Assembly: GCA_965644315.1 (NCBI GenBank)
Contig: CBFFRQ010000081.1
Location: forward strand, 372,001-436,000
Source of the DNA: Caecitellus pseudoparvulus
Lineage: Eukaryota; Protista; Bigyra: Bicosoecida
Length of the DNA stretch: 64,000 nucleotides
Direction of reading: 5' to 3'
Shown here: piece after piece, positions 20,805-33,325 of the stretch
Layout: each line of letters starts with the position of its first letter
Numbering within the stretch: position 1 is the first letter of the stretch
Translations under genes and position numbers: made by a program
Notes under the pieces: generated by a model
Told to the model about the DNA's origin: nothing
Database searches by the model: none
The model's input: the letters and a program-made list of their open reading frames with translations, nothing else

Positions 20805-21563
20805 ATGGAGTCCTCTGCCTCTGGCGCTGTGGCGCACGGGAGTCGTGGATGCGCCGTGTGCGGCAGTGCGGAAATTGATGCCCAGCTCCACGGCACCTTT
20901 GGCGTGACGGTGTGCACGGGCTGCGCTCGGGATGGCGACGACTACAAGCTCCTTTCTCGAACACGAGCAAAGGAGAAGTTCTTGTTGAGTGATTCAGACC
21001 TGGCCATGCTGCAGTTTCTCAGCAAGCCCAACCCCCGCAATGAAGCGTGGAAGCCTGTGAAGCTGTACTTGCTGCGCCAGTGCCGGGCGCTGTCCTGGAG
21101 TCGATGGGGGGACGCCGCTGGCTTGGAGCAGGAGCGTCTGGCGCGGGCTGCTCGCCGAGAGCAGCGGCAGGCTGCCAGCGCAGGTCACAAACGCCACCGT
21201 CTGGAGGCACTGGCCACCGGCGGCGGCGTGGGGGAAGTGCTTGAGCTAGGGGGTGTTCGCAGCGCCACCGGCGCCACTGGGAGCAGCAAAGTGCAGAAGC
21301 ACCCCGCCAAACGCAGTGCGAGGCACCGGCCCAGCGCGGCCCTTCTCGGCAGTGATGCTGCGTTGTCCAGTGGTGACTCCCTGGTGGCGCGCGCGTTCGG
21401 GCTGTCCTTGGCGGCCCCGCCAGTGACAGAAGGGTATGTGTCTGCGGCACGGGGCACTCCCCAAGGCCAACAAGCCGCCAAAGGTACGGCTAGTGAGGGT
21501 ACAGCAGAGGCAGCGGCAGGTGGAGGTGGCAAGGGCATGCAGAGTGAATTCGAGGAGCTGTGA
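20805..21563 (+). CDS. XPA: XPA/Rad14 nucleotide excision repair protein
   Basis: C4 zinc finger CAVC..FGVTVCTGC followed by YKLLSRTRAKEKFLLSDSDL..KPNPRNEAWKPVKLYL..RWG. Confidence 0.88.
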   Translation: MESSASGAVAHGSRGCAVCGSAEIDAQLHGTFGVTVCTGCARDGDDYKLLSRTRAKEKFLLSDSDLAMLQFLSKPNPRNEAWKPVKLYLLRQCRALSWSRWGDAAGLEQERLARAARREQRQAASAGHKRHRLEALATGGGVGEVLELGGVRSATGATGSSKVQKHPAKRSARHRPSAALLGSDAALSSGDSLVARAFGLSLAAPPVTEGYVSAARGTPQGQQAAKGTASEGTAEAAAGGGGKGMQSEFEEL

Positions 21564-21573
21564 CGCATGCGGC

Positions 21574-23487
21574 TCAGGCAGGAGAGGAGGCTGCAGCGGC
21601 TGCTGCAGTGGCCGCGGGAGGCGGCGGACCTGGACGCACAGGCGCTGATGCGGCCGTGATGTGCCCATCCACCATAGCGCGCAGGAGGCTGGTGAAGGGG
21701 GACAGGCCCAGGGTCAGCTGCAGGTGCCCAGGCCAGTCCTGAGCGGGTGAGAGGTGAGGGTGGGTGGGAGGAGGGGGGGACCAGGCCCCCCCCGCAGCCG
21801 CCTTGGCAGCCTCCACCACTGGAGTGGGCAGTGTGTCCAGAACGTCCATGAAGTGCAGCTTGCGGGGGACGAAGGTGTCGCTGAGGTAGTGGCAGGTGGG
21901 CCGCACCTTGGCGCCCAGAGCCGCCGCGGTGGTGAATGCAGCTGTGGCCACTTTACCAGCCACGCCCCCGCCTCTGGCGGCAGGGGGCACCACTGTCGTG
22001 AAGCAGTCCATGATGGGGGGCGAGCTGGCCGTGCCAGGCACCCAGGTGTACTTGATGCGGGCACGGGCATCCACGGCAGACTGCCCGCCCGACCTGAGGT
22101 CGTGCAGGATGCCTTGAACATCTGCGTCTGGCGCGACAGAGGCTGGCTCGAGCAAGAACACGCCCCCTGTTCCGTCTTGTGCCGGCAGGTGCACGATGCC
22201 AGCGGGGTGCACTACCCCTGCCGTGGCGTGGGGGACTGTCACATGCTCTCCCTTCTCAACAGCCTGCACCCAGGCTGCAGTGGTGGCCACTGCCTGTGCG
22301 TGAAGTTCGTGGGGCAGTGTGCCGCTGCCATGCGCCCATGCGGCGGTGGCGGTGGGCCCATCCTGCGCCTGCTGCAAAGCACCTGACATCACATCTGCGG
22401 GCAGGAGCAGGTGTGTCACGGGGAGGAACATGCGTGATGTGCTGCTGATGCCGGCACCTGACCAGGCTGCCAGGGTGGCGAGGCTGGGAGCGGCCAGGCG
22501 TGTGGGGTGGCCAGCGCCCTCTGCACACTCCAGCAGCACCTGCCGCACTGTTCCGTGCAGAACACCTTCGGAGGGCGTGACGAGGCTGCCGCCTGCCACG
22601 ACGCTGAAGTTGGTCTGCAAGCCCTCGAGCAAATGCCCAGCATCTGTGTGCAGAACGACCTCCTCCAGCCCTCGGGTCAAGTGCTCCTCCAGCGCCGCTC
22701 GCTCCCGCACCCACGTCGTGGACTTGGCTGCTGCGTTGTGCCTGGCCTTGCCCTGCACAAGCACTCTCGTGTCCCCTTGTGGGCGGAGAGGCAAGGCGGA
22801 GATGTGCAGGAACATTGCGCTGGTGCCGGAAGGCGGCGCAGGGGCGGGCGGCTCCCCGTCCGCCTTAGCTCCAATGGCAGCCTCGGGCAGGGGCGGGATG
22901 CGCCAGCCATCGCCGCTTGCGGAGCCCTCTGAAGGCGGTGCCTTGGCGCGTTGAACTGCCTCTGCTGCGGCAGCGGCCATGCCGTCTGCCCACGCCACCA
23001 GAACAGTCAGCCGCGTGTCAGAGTCGGGCGCGCTGCCGTTGTGCTCGTGGAAGTCGTCCAATGCACGGGCGAGCTCTGCACACAGCTGCGAACGCAGAGC
23101 CTGAGATGACTCCAGCCATCCTGGAAGCTGTGCTGTCTTGCTGCTAGCGTCCACTCCCTCCCCTGCACTGCGCATGCCGCTGATGCTGTCCACTGTGAGG
23201 GAGCAAGCCACCACGCCAGCGTAAGCCAGCCTGTGCGCGTCTCGCAACTTCGCATGAACGCACGCAGACGCTGGACATGCATGTCAAGCTGGAAAACATG
23301 GTCCCCGTTCACTGTACGCGCAGTGGTGTAGGCGCCTGTGTGACGAAGGGACGAGGGGGTGCGTGGCCAGCTGACGTCACAAAACGCCGCCGAAACGCGC
23401 ACCTGTTGGCCCCTGCTTCAACAGCTCCTTGGCAGACCACTGGACAGGGTAGCTGGCCCCATCATACGCAAAAATGCAGGTGCTCAT
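21574..23487 (-). CDS. Class IV (D-amino-acid/ADC-lyase-like) PLP enzyme fused to a NATD1/YjdJ-type GNAT domain
   Basis: Exons about 23487-23403, 23335-23264, 23192-21574. Class IV motifs GAYTTART..HVQRL, AKSTTWVRER, LLEGLQTNF, VLHGTVR, ISSTSRMFLPV. C-terminal IKYTW..MDCFTTVVPPAARGGGVA..VRPTCHYLSDTFVPR. Confidence 0.75.
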
Positions 23488-23721
23488 GCTTCGTTTTGCT
23501 TGGGAAAGCGCCTGCCTCAGCTGACCACGACTTGCAGTTGATGCAGCACCACACAGCATGCCGGCAGCTGACCGATTCGGCTTGCTGCAAGCCGCCAGGC
23601 ACAGCCTGTGACTGAACGACAATTGGGGCCTTCAGTGGTGTGAGGCGTCCGTTGGGAGGTTAGGGATTTTGCTCTTGCCTCCCCACTGACACCAGTGAAC
23701 TCCTGCATCCAGTCTGCATTC

Positions 23722-26700
23722 TCACCATCCATCCATGTCCATGCCTTCCAAGTCAGCGATGAGGTTGGCGGCCTGCTCAGCAGACATGTCCGCAGCTGAA
23801 CTCGCTGCAGCGGGTGTTGCTGCAGGCACAGGTGCTGGTGCAGCTGCTGCGGGTGCCGGGGCGTCAAATCCACCCAAGTCATCACCACCCCAATCATCAC
23901 CAAAATCATCAAAGCCACCAGCCGCTGGTGCTGGTGCTGGTGCTGGTGCTGGTGTTGGTGCTGGTGTTGGTGCTGGTGTTGGTGATGCTACTGGCACCGG
24001 TGATGCAGGTGCTGGTGCAGGTGATGCGGCTGCCGGTGAGTCGAATCCGCCCAGGTCGTCGCCACCCCAATCGTCACCAAAATCATCGACACCGCCAGAC
24101 TCAGGAGCTGGTGCTGGTGCAGGCTCGGGAGCTTGAGCTGGTGCAGGCTCGGGAGCTGGTGCTGGTGCAGGCTCGGGAGCTGGTACTGGAGCAGGCTCGG
24201 GAGCTTGAGCTGGTGCAGGCTCGGGAGCTGGTGCTGGTGCAGGCTCGGGAGCTGGTACTGGAGCAGGCTCGGGAGCTTGAGCTGGTGCAGGCTCGGGAGC
24301 TTGAGCTGGTGCAGGCTCGGGAGCTGGTGCTGGTGCAGGCTCGGGAGCTGGTGCTGGAGCAGGAGCGGGCTCGGGAGCTGGTGCTGGTGCAGGCTCGGGA
24401 GCTGGTGCTGGAGCAGGCTCGGGAGCTGGAGCTGGTGCAGGCTCGGGAGCTGGAGCTGGTGCAGGCTCAGGAGCTGGAGCTGGCTCGGGAGCTGGTGCAG
24501 GCTCGGGAGCTGGAGTTGGTGCAGGCTCAGGAGCTGGAGCTGGCTCAGGAGCTGGTGCAGGCTCGGGAGCTGGTGTGGGTGGTGAAGGCGGAGACACTGG
24601 TGCAGGGGACGTTGCACGGGCAGTGGCCTTGGGAGCAGGGGCGGAGGAAGTGGTGGTGGGGGCAGACCCTCGCAGCTGGGGTGTGGATGCGAAGAGCGTT
24701 GGCAGGGACGCCGCCGAGGTGCCTGTGGTGCTGGCGAGGGACACCGCATCCAGGGGCATGAACAGGGCGCCTGGGGCTGAGAGGGCAGCGTGCTCCTCCT
24801 CAGGCAGGGAGCCGCCTTCGGTCTGCGCCTTGGCCTGGGCAGCCTGCACACGCAGGGCAGCGACTTGCTGCGCCTGAGCACCATATGCGGTGGCAGGGGG
24901 CAAGGTGTCCAGCGGGCGGGTGTGCACACCGGCAGGGACCAGGCCTGGCGTGGAGTCTGCCGTGGGCACGCCAGTAGCAGAGGCCAGAGCAGCCTCCATC
25001 TCCAGTGCCTCCTTGAAGCCTGGGAACAAGTTGCCGTAGGCGGCAGGGTCGGCGAGAGCCTCCGCAGCCTTGGCGCTGGTGCGGGCCAGCGTTGCGCGCC
25101 AGGGCTCCACGAGCCCCTGCACAAAGCTTGGGCAGTACGAGCGCGCGAAGAGGGCTGCCTCTGGCAGACGCCCTGCCGCTGCCAGCAGCGCCGCGGCGGC
25201 CGGCGCGTCGCCGAGGAGGAAGAGGCAGTTGAAGGCAATGTTCACCCGGCCCGCCAGGACGGCGCGGGAGGCGAGGGCAGCCAGGCCAGCGGCGTTGCCC
25301 GTGGAGGAGTACAGCAGGAGCAGGGCAGGCAGGTCGCCGCCCTGCTTGGCGCACTGCTCGGCGAGGCGCAGGTTGGAGGTGGCCAGGGCCAGGTCCGAGA
25401 GCTGCTTCCAGCGGCCAGCCATGTCGGCGGACAGCTCAGCAGCCTCGGTGGCGCCTGCCGCAGATGCGACGGCTGAGACTTGAGGGGACTGGCCTTCGCC
25501 CGTCGCCTCTGCGAGGGTGTCCACGGGTCCAGTGCCGGCAGCAGCCCCCCCGCTAGATGCGGCTTCGGACAGCTCGCCTGTGAGCAGAGCATACGCCGTG
25601 TCCAGCTGCTTGAGCTGCAGAGCCAGGTCAAATTTGTGCTCGGGATCCTGCGTGACGGCGAGGGCCTCCTCCTGGTACCCCTGCGCCTCCAAGAACTTGG
25701 CGACGTTGGTGTGCTGGTCGACGGGGATCTGGGGCAGCACGGTGTTGGCTGCTGCAAAGTCCTTGCGCACAACGAGGGTCTGGTACTGCACCATGGCCAG
25801 GTGCAGCTTGTAGGTGATGACGCTGCCCTTCTTGTCCAGCAGCACCACGCGGTGCTCTCGGGGCAGGTACCCCAGCAGGAAGTGCGGGCCGGCCATGTGG
25901 GCGACGGTGATGACCTGCCCGCCGACGAAGTAGTTGAGGCGGGACGAGGCGGTCGTGTACAGCAGGACGTCCCCCACCCACGTGGCGCCGGTGACCTTCT
26001 CTGCCAGCTCGCTCTGCAGCTCGAAGGCGTTGGCAAAGCCGCTGTCGTCGGCGGCGGCTTGCCCCGCCGACGCAGCCGCGACGGCCTCTGCGTTCAGGGC
26101 CAGGACGTACACCGTGTCAGCCATGACGAGGGCGGCGAGGTCCCCCGACTCGGACCAGTGCACGGCGGAGGGCTTCTCCTCGATGCGGCGGACAAGGGCG
26201 CCCGTCTTCCAGTCGTAGAAGGAGACGGCAGAGCTGCCCGCCACGCCCAGCAGGTGCCCGCCGAAGATGGCTTCCGCGGCGAAGGGGGGGCGGAAACTGA
26301 CCGCCTCCTTGAAGTTGCGGTAGATGACGACCTTGCTGCTGGACTCCCGGGTGGCGTAGTCGCCAGTGCCCAGGGCAGACCAGACGAAGTCCAGGGCAGG
26401 CCCGAAGGCCTTGTTGCGCAGGGCCTGGGAGGTGTAAATGACGTAGTCACCGTCAGCCACAGTGGCCACGAAGCGGCCGTTGGAGTTGTGCGCCAGGGAC
26501 GCCGGCTGCACCTCCGTGGACCCCAGCTCCCGGCTGGGCAGGGTCACCTTCTCGCCGTCCTCCGCTTCCACCCCCCGCAGGGTGGCCACCGTGACCACGG
26601 CATTCACGGCGATGAGCACCTTGCCGGTGCGGTCCAGGGACGCGACGGGCTTGTCGTTGCCCAGGCGCAGCACCACTGCACCCTCGTCGAAGCCGATGGC

Positions 26701-27683
26701 GACTTGGCTGCGGTCGGGCGCCGCTGCCACCGTCCACACGCGCTTCATGGAGTAGTTGAGGGAGGACTGCAGCTTGTAGGTGGCGGAGTGCCAGAGGCGC
26801 ACGGAGCCGTCCTCGCCGCCAGAGATGATGAGGGGCAGGGTGGGGTGGAAGGCCACCCCCGTCACGTTGCCCGTGTGCCCTTCCAGCGTCATCACGCAGG
26901 AGCGCGTCTGGTAGTCCCACACCTTGACCGTCGCGTCGTCTGCGCCGGAGATGAGGTAGGGCTTGTCCCCGCCGTGGTAGTAGTCCAGGCAGTTGACGCC
27001 CTCCCTGTGGCCGTTGGCGCCGTCCAGGGAGTAGTGTGGCGTGACGGCGTTGAGGCCCCACACCTTGACCGACATGTCCAGGGAGGCGGTGGCGAAGGTG
27101 TTGGGGTCCTTGGGGTTGAAGCGCGCCTGCATGACGTAGTGCGCGTGGCCCTCGTGGGTCTGGGTGCACTTCCAGCCCTTGGACCAGTCCCACTGGCGAA
27201 TGGTCATGTCGTCAGAGGTGGACAGCAGGATGGGCTTGGAGGGGTGCACTTCCAAGTGGCGGATGTAGTCGTTGTGCGCCTCGGGGATCTCCTTCACGCG
27301 CTCAGAGGTGTTGTAGTTGAAGACGCGAATGGTCATGTCGTCCGAGGCCGTGACGATCCACTGCATGCGCGGCACAAAGCGTGCGCAGCGCACTGGCTCC
27401 GCGTTGGAGGTGACCTTGAAACTCTTCCAGGTGGAGCCAGTGGTGGTGTCCCACACGACGACCTTGCCATCGTACAGGGCAGCCAACACCCATGGTTCAC
27501 TGGGGTGAATCTCAACGCACTTCACCCGCTCGGTCTGCTTCAGCAGCTCCTTCTGTGCAGGGGGGCGCGGGTGGCGAGTGAGGCGGGTGGCGGCACTGCA
27601 GCATGGTGTGGCGCTCCACGTGGGCGGGCCTCTGCAGGCCCCAGCGCATCAAGCACACGCACCTTGATTTCCAAGCGCGACAT
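23722..27683 (-). CDS. COPB2: Coatomer subunit beta'
   Basis: Exon 1 27683-27663 (MSRLEIK), exon 2 27552-23722. [82 protein letters not shown]. Confidence 0.96.
23920..24575 (-). repeat. Coding minisatellite (PAPAPE)n and (PA/PT)n in the beta'-COP tail
   Basis: Tandem 18-24 bp units such as gcaggctcgggagctggtgctggt. Confidence 0.9.
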
Positions 27684-28462
27684 GCTGAATCAAGGGATGA
27701 AGCACTCGTAGGTGGGTGTGTCAGTGCACACCTGCTGCCTCGCAGTGTGCAGCGGGGACGCTGCTGGCCGCTTGGCCTAGCGTTTCACCTGAGGGGGCGG
27801 CGCCAGCTGCTCCCGAGCACAGAGGGCGCGGGCAGGGTATGCAGTCCGGCTGGGGTGAACTGCTAGGTGCCGACGCTTTGTGGTATCGTGTTTTGTGGTG
27901 CATGCCTCGACTGGCGGCGCTGAAGCAGGGTGGCAGGGGGACGGCATGCCCACACGCTGTGGCTCGGCCTGCAGCCTTTCCCCCTTCCAGTGTGCGGGCT
28001 AGCGAGACCCCCTCGTGTGGCACAGAAATCATAGGGGCCGTGTCTGTACATTGGTGGCAGGCGTGACCAGGCTAGTGCACCTTGCGCGCGTCTGTTACGG
28101 CGACTGCTGCCCTCACAGACCATTGCGCATGCGAAGGTTGGCACCAGGCAAGGCCGCTCTCGGGCGTGAACAATGGACCCCATATTACACACACCACGCC
28201 CCTCCGATCAGCAGCGCAGCCTTGCGATTCGCCCGGCACACACTTCAAGTGCTTAGTGGGGGGCAGTTACGCTCATCAAGGGGCTGCTGCGCCAGACCCA
28301 ATCGAGCAGGGTGCCCGGGCACAGCGACGGCTACCGAGCTGGCCCGGGCGGAAACCGTGGGAAAGACAGGGAAGTGACCCTCCCTGTGTGTGCTGTAGAC
28401 GCGCGAGCCAGTGCCGGCTGGGCTCTCGCCCTGCGGCAGGTTTGCGGCGACACTCGCCGAGA

Positions 28463-31400
28463 ATGGCAGCCTCAGGCACTCAACGCCGCACCAGCGGCCT
28501 GCTGTACATCCCCGCCGCCATCGTGGAAGCGGCCATTGGGGCGGTGGGCTTGGACATGGCAGTGCGACAGGCCATGGCAGGGGAGGACGCTGGGGAGGTG
28601 TCTGTGGCAGACGGGGAGCAGCACATGGCTTCAGCCGCGCAGGCCTCCGAAGCCGTGGCAAGCCAGAGCCCCCACAGGAAACTGCTCACGCCCATCCCAG
28701 ACTTGCCTGCCATGACGACAGATGTGCTCATGGGCTGCAGCTCCAGGCCGAACCGCAAGCACTACGTGCTGTCGCCCCGCATGTCGCCAGGTGAGTCATG
28801 CTGCCGCCGCGTCGCATGCAACGCGTGCACGAGAAACTGTGCAGCGGCGTTTCCGGGGCAGGCCGCAGAGGGCACCAAGAAGGCCGAGTTGGCAGCTTCA
28901 CAATGTGCTGTTGCTTCCCTTGCGCAGGCTCCCGGGTGTTGGCACGCGCAGCAACCCTGACACAGTGCTCTGCACACTCAGTGGCGCTGCTGCTGTGTGT
29001 CATGGCCGTGGTGCTGGTGAACTCGGCAACAGTGTGGGGGCTGTACACATTCATGCCCACGTCCAGGGTGGGCGACGTGGGCACGCTGGGGACGTGGCCC
29101 ACGTCGCCTGCCGTGTGGGGCGAGATCGCGGCCTGGTACACCGTGCTGCTGGTGGTGGTGATGATGGTGGACTCCCTCACGGTGCTGGCTGTGGGGCTGT
29201 ACTCCCCCGCCTTCTCCCCCACCGTCATGTTCCCGCCGCTCTCCTTCCTCAAGGCCGTGTGGCACATCGCCCTGCTGGACACCATCCCCCGCACGCTGGC
29301 TGTGTACCCCGTGCCCTGGCTGGCGGTCGGCCTGGGCTGTGCGGGGGAGGTGTTCGTCATGTGGGCCACCATGCGGTACGTGTGGGCAGCTGAGCTGCGC
29401 CAGCATGCACATGACGTGGTGCTGGGCCGGCTGTACCAGTTTGTGCGGGACGCCCGGCGGTGGGGGCGGCGGTGGGGGTATGGCGTCGCAGCGCGGCGGC
29501 GGCGGCAGCTCGCACGTGGGCAGGCTGTGCCCACTGCTGCGCCAGGCGACCAAGCGGACCAAGGCGGCACACTGCCGCCGGAGGAGCCAGCACAGGAGGA
29601 CTTGCCTGAGGAGGTGCGGCGTGCCGCTGGGCCTGCGGCCTGCCACTGTGTGTGCAGTTTCTGCGTGCCGAATTGCTGCACGTCAGTGTACGTGGACTTC
29701 TCGCGGCAGTACCTGTACGAGCCGCTGGCTGAACCAGACACAGAGCCACCCCAGGGCTGCTGCAGCGTGAGCTGCGCTGCCTGCATGCACAGCACGTGCT
29801 GCCGGCCCAGCTGGCTACCCATCGGCTTGGAGCAGCTGTTGACAGAGCGAAAGGGCGGGGTGGGGAGTGACGACCATCCCCTCAGTCCACCCGCAGAGTC
29901 CACGCAGCAGGATGCCGGCAGCAAAGAGACGGGGAAGAGCCCCGCACCTCCCACGCCCTCCGCGAGTGCCAAGGCAGGCCCGGCGGCAGAGACGCCCCGC
30001 GCTGCAGCTCTGCGCCTGGCGGGGGAACTGGCCACCCCACAGGAGGGGGCCGACTCAGCCCTGCAGCTGAGCATGGGCAAGCTGCGTGCCGTGAGCATGG
30101 GCGTGCGCAGCAGCACCCCTGGCAGCGCCCCCCTCTCTTCCACCGGCTTGCCCAGCACTAGCAGCCTGCCCGGCAGCGGCAGTGCCAGCCTGGCGCCTTC
30201 CCCTGCCACTGCCTCGGATGCCGCCGACAGCGCCAGTGGCTTCAGCAAGCACATGCGCACGGGGGGCGTGGCCGACAGCAAGCTGCAGCACGCACTGCAC
30301 GCCATGGGCGTGTCGCTGTCCCTGCCACAAGCCGTGGCGGACGACTTGTCGGGGCTGGGCACGGCCGTCCTGCGCCGACGCCGTATCCAGGTGCTGCTGC
30401 TGCTCATGACCTGGATCCTCATCTACGTCGCCTGCTGCTTCGTGTTCCTGGAGCTGTTCAAGGCGTACGAGAGCTCTGGCCTGGCGCAGATGGCGCTGGG
30501 CATGGTGTACTCGGGCTTCGCCTTCTCCATCAAGGCGTTCACGTACCGCATCTTCCGCTTCGCACAGGACGGCAGCAACCTGCTGCCAGAGTCCCTCCTG
30601 CGCCCCATGGAGTGGGTGCGGTGGGCGCTGGCCTGCATCTGCCCCCGCCCCAACGGCATGGGCGTCACCACCAACGCCAGCGACATGACAGTGAAGGGTG
30701 GCGGCGGGGCGGGGTTGCGGCTGGGCACGCCAGCAGCGCATGCGGCAGACTTGACCAGCCCAGTGCAGGAGGTGCCGACGCGGCAGGCCTCCAGCAGCAT
30801 CAGCAGCGGGGGGCAGTGGGGGGGCGGCGACAGTGCCCGGCGCGGCGGGGCGGGGCTGCCTGTCGCCACCATGGTGCAGCTGCAGGCGGGTGCTGACTCC
30901 GCCCGCAGTGCAGCCCGCCGGGCCTCCCGCAGTGACAGCCAGGACGCGTCGGCTGGTCACAGGGCGTCGGCGTGGGCTGCCATCCTGCAGGGTGACGAGG
31001 AGGGCGGGGAGGACGCCTCCCCGCGCTTGGGCGTGGACCCCCAGCCAACGGAGGATGTCAGCATGGGGCTGCCAGGCGTGGGGGTGGGGGGGGGCTTCTC
31101 CACAGGCAGCTTGGAGGGCAGTGCCGTGCCGTCTGGGCCGCCGCCCCTGGCCACCGTGTACAGCGTGAAGGACGCGGAGGAGGTGGGGGCGTTTGTGCAG
31201 GAAGACGACATCATGGCGCTGGGCAAGCTGGTGGCAGTGGGGGACACGATCATGTTCAACCCCCGCCCCACCCCCGTCGCGAACGTCATGCACGATGTGC
31301 TGCGCAAGCACGCTGCCGTGACTGTGGCGCGCCAGCACAGGGCCTGGGAGGAGGGCGCCCTGGACGAAGAGGCTGGCGCCGTGGCCGTGACGGGGTACAC

Positions 31401-32886
31401 GCAGCGACCAGACGACGTGTACTACACGGGCTGGGGGCGGTGCTGGTGGTTCCAGGGCGGCTGCTGCTGCTGCGATGCGCTGTGCGCCTGGGCGTACGGC
31501 TTCCGGAGCACTCCGCCGGACCTGGAGGACGACGTCATCGTGGTGGACCCCTTCGTGTCCGCGCACATGGAGCGGTTCATGGAGGCCTTCAACACCTTCG
31601 CGGGGGAAGCCTTCCTGGCCTTCGCCAACCCCTCCCTCGCCTCCAACGCCGTCTTCGGCATGCTGCTGGTGGTGGAGGTGGCCCGCATCCTGTGGGCGCG
31701 GGGGCTGTGGGTGTTCTTGCCCCGCATCGTCTTCGGCTTCAAGCAGCCCCAGCAGGAGTCCGCCGCCTCCCCGGCGCCGTCCCCCGCTGTGGCGCCGGGG
31801 TCCCCCTCCCTGCCCCAGCGGGTGCTGGATGACACCAAGGCGGGCTCAGGGTCGCCTGGCCTGGCGCCTGGGGGCAGCGACCTGCCCAGCAAGCCCCCCC
31901 GCCCAGTGGCAAGCAAGGCTGTGGGGCCAGCGCCCGCGCCGGTGCTGCTGACCAGCGCGCAGTCCGCCGCCGACGGGGGCGGGGGGGGAGGCAGTGACTG
32001 GATCACGGGGTCGCAGCGAGGCATTCTGAGCGTGGGGGAGCTGCCCCCTGCCAACACCTCCGAGGGCGGGGGCATGCTGGGCGGCGGCAGCGCCGGCCCC
32101 CTCGCTCGGCACACGGCGTCGCCCGCCGGCCAGCGGTACTTGACGCCTGATGGCCGGCCCCTGCGTGCTCGCTGCTGTGGCTGCCTGTGCCCGGCTGCCT
32201 GCACGCCGTGCTTGCTGTCGTGGGTGTGCGCCTGCTGTTGCTACCCCTGCCTGCAGCCCAGCGCCACGCTGCAGTCGCTGGCGGGGGTGCCCAGTGTGGC
32301 GGAGACGCGCACACTGGACGCGCGCCTGCGGTACTTGCTGGTGCAGTGGCAGACAGCAGAGGGCCTGTACCGGCATGAGGAGCGGCTGGTGCGGCTGCGG
32401 AGGGAAGAGGGGGCCGCCGCGGGGGCCAAGCTGCAGGCGGCGCATGATGCGTTTCGGCGGCGTTTTGAGCCCCCCGCACCGTGGGGCCTGGTGACCCGGC
32501 AGCCCCTTCTGCGGCTGACGACACACCGGCAAATGTGGCTGCTGGGGGCTGTGCAAAGCTTGCAGAGCCACCTCGCCGCGCAGCTCATGGCGTCCGTGTT
32601 TTTCCTGGTGGTGTTCACCATGATGACGCACTCCAGTGAAGGCAGCCAGTTCCCGTACAGCGACCTGAAGCCTGGTGTGTACGAGCGCAGCATGGTGTAC
32701 TCGGGCATCACATGTGCCATGCTGTTGCTGCTGCACAGCGGCGTGTCCCAGGTGGTGCTGTGGCGTTTCAAGATTCGCATGGACACGCTGGGCCTGGTCA
32801 TGGTCAGCCGGCCAGGTGTTTTACTGGTTGTCTGCGTCATCCTGCAGTCTGTCTTCACCCTCATGTACATTATGACTCGGGGGTGA
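28463..32886 (+). CDS. Large multi-pass membrane protein, unknown family
   Basis: Exon 28463-28790 (GT at 28791) joins in phase to 28928. Clusters of TM segments are separated by low-complexity, Cys-rich linkers. The 3' end may splice further (gtgagc near 32883). Confidence 0.65.
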
Positions 32887-33325
32887 GCGGGGAGGGGGGG
32901 TCCGTGCACCCCGGGAGGGGGGGGGTTGGCTTGAATGCACCACACGCCTGCACGCTGCAGCACCCTGGCACAGCTACTACCTCTCACCACGAAGAGCCCA
33001 AGCCCGCCACGCGGCACACGTGCTGTCTTCCATGCCCACAGGCTGCCAATGCCCTGGCGGCGTTCGCCTGCAGGCTTGAGGCGCAGACGGAAGGGAGCCC
33101 TGTTGCTGCCCGCTCAGGCTGTGAGCCGTGCCAGCGTGCACTCGCAGGTCGCTGCTCCACGCCCAGGAGGCCCTGTCGTGCCGAGGTCTTGAGCGTTTGA
33201 CGCATAGGGCTGTGTTCATTGGGTTCGAGGTTGGTTCTTTCCCAGCCAGGTGGTTTCGCGTGGACGGCACAGCCAGGCAGAGCAAGGCGGCCAGGTGAAA
33301 CGCCAGGAGCCCGAACCCCAGCACC

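Noticed and set aside
25480-27711. 743-aa plus-strand ORF, and similar ORFs such as 55461-57452 and 59913-61235
   Set aside because: Antisense or off-frame shadows of GC-rich, codon-biased genes (COPB2, GT69/PEX6, kinase).
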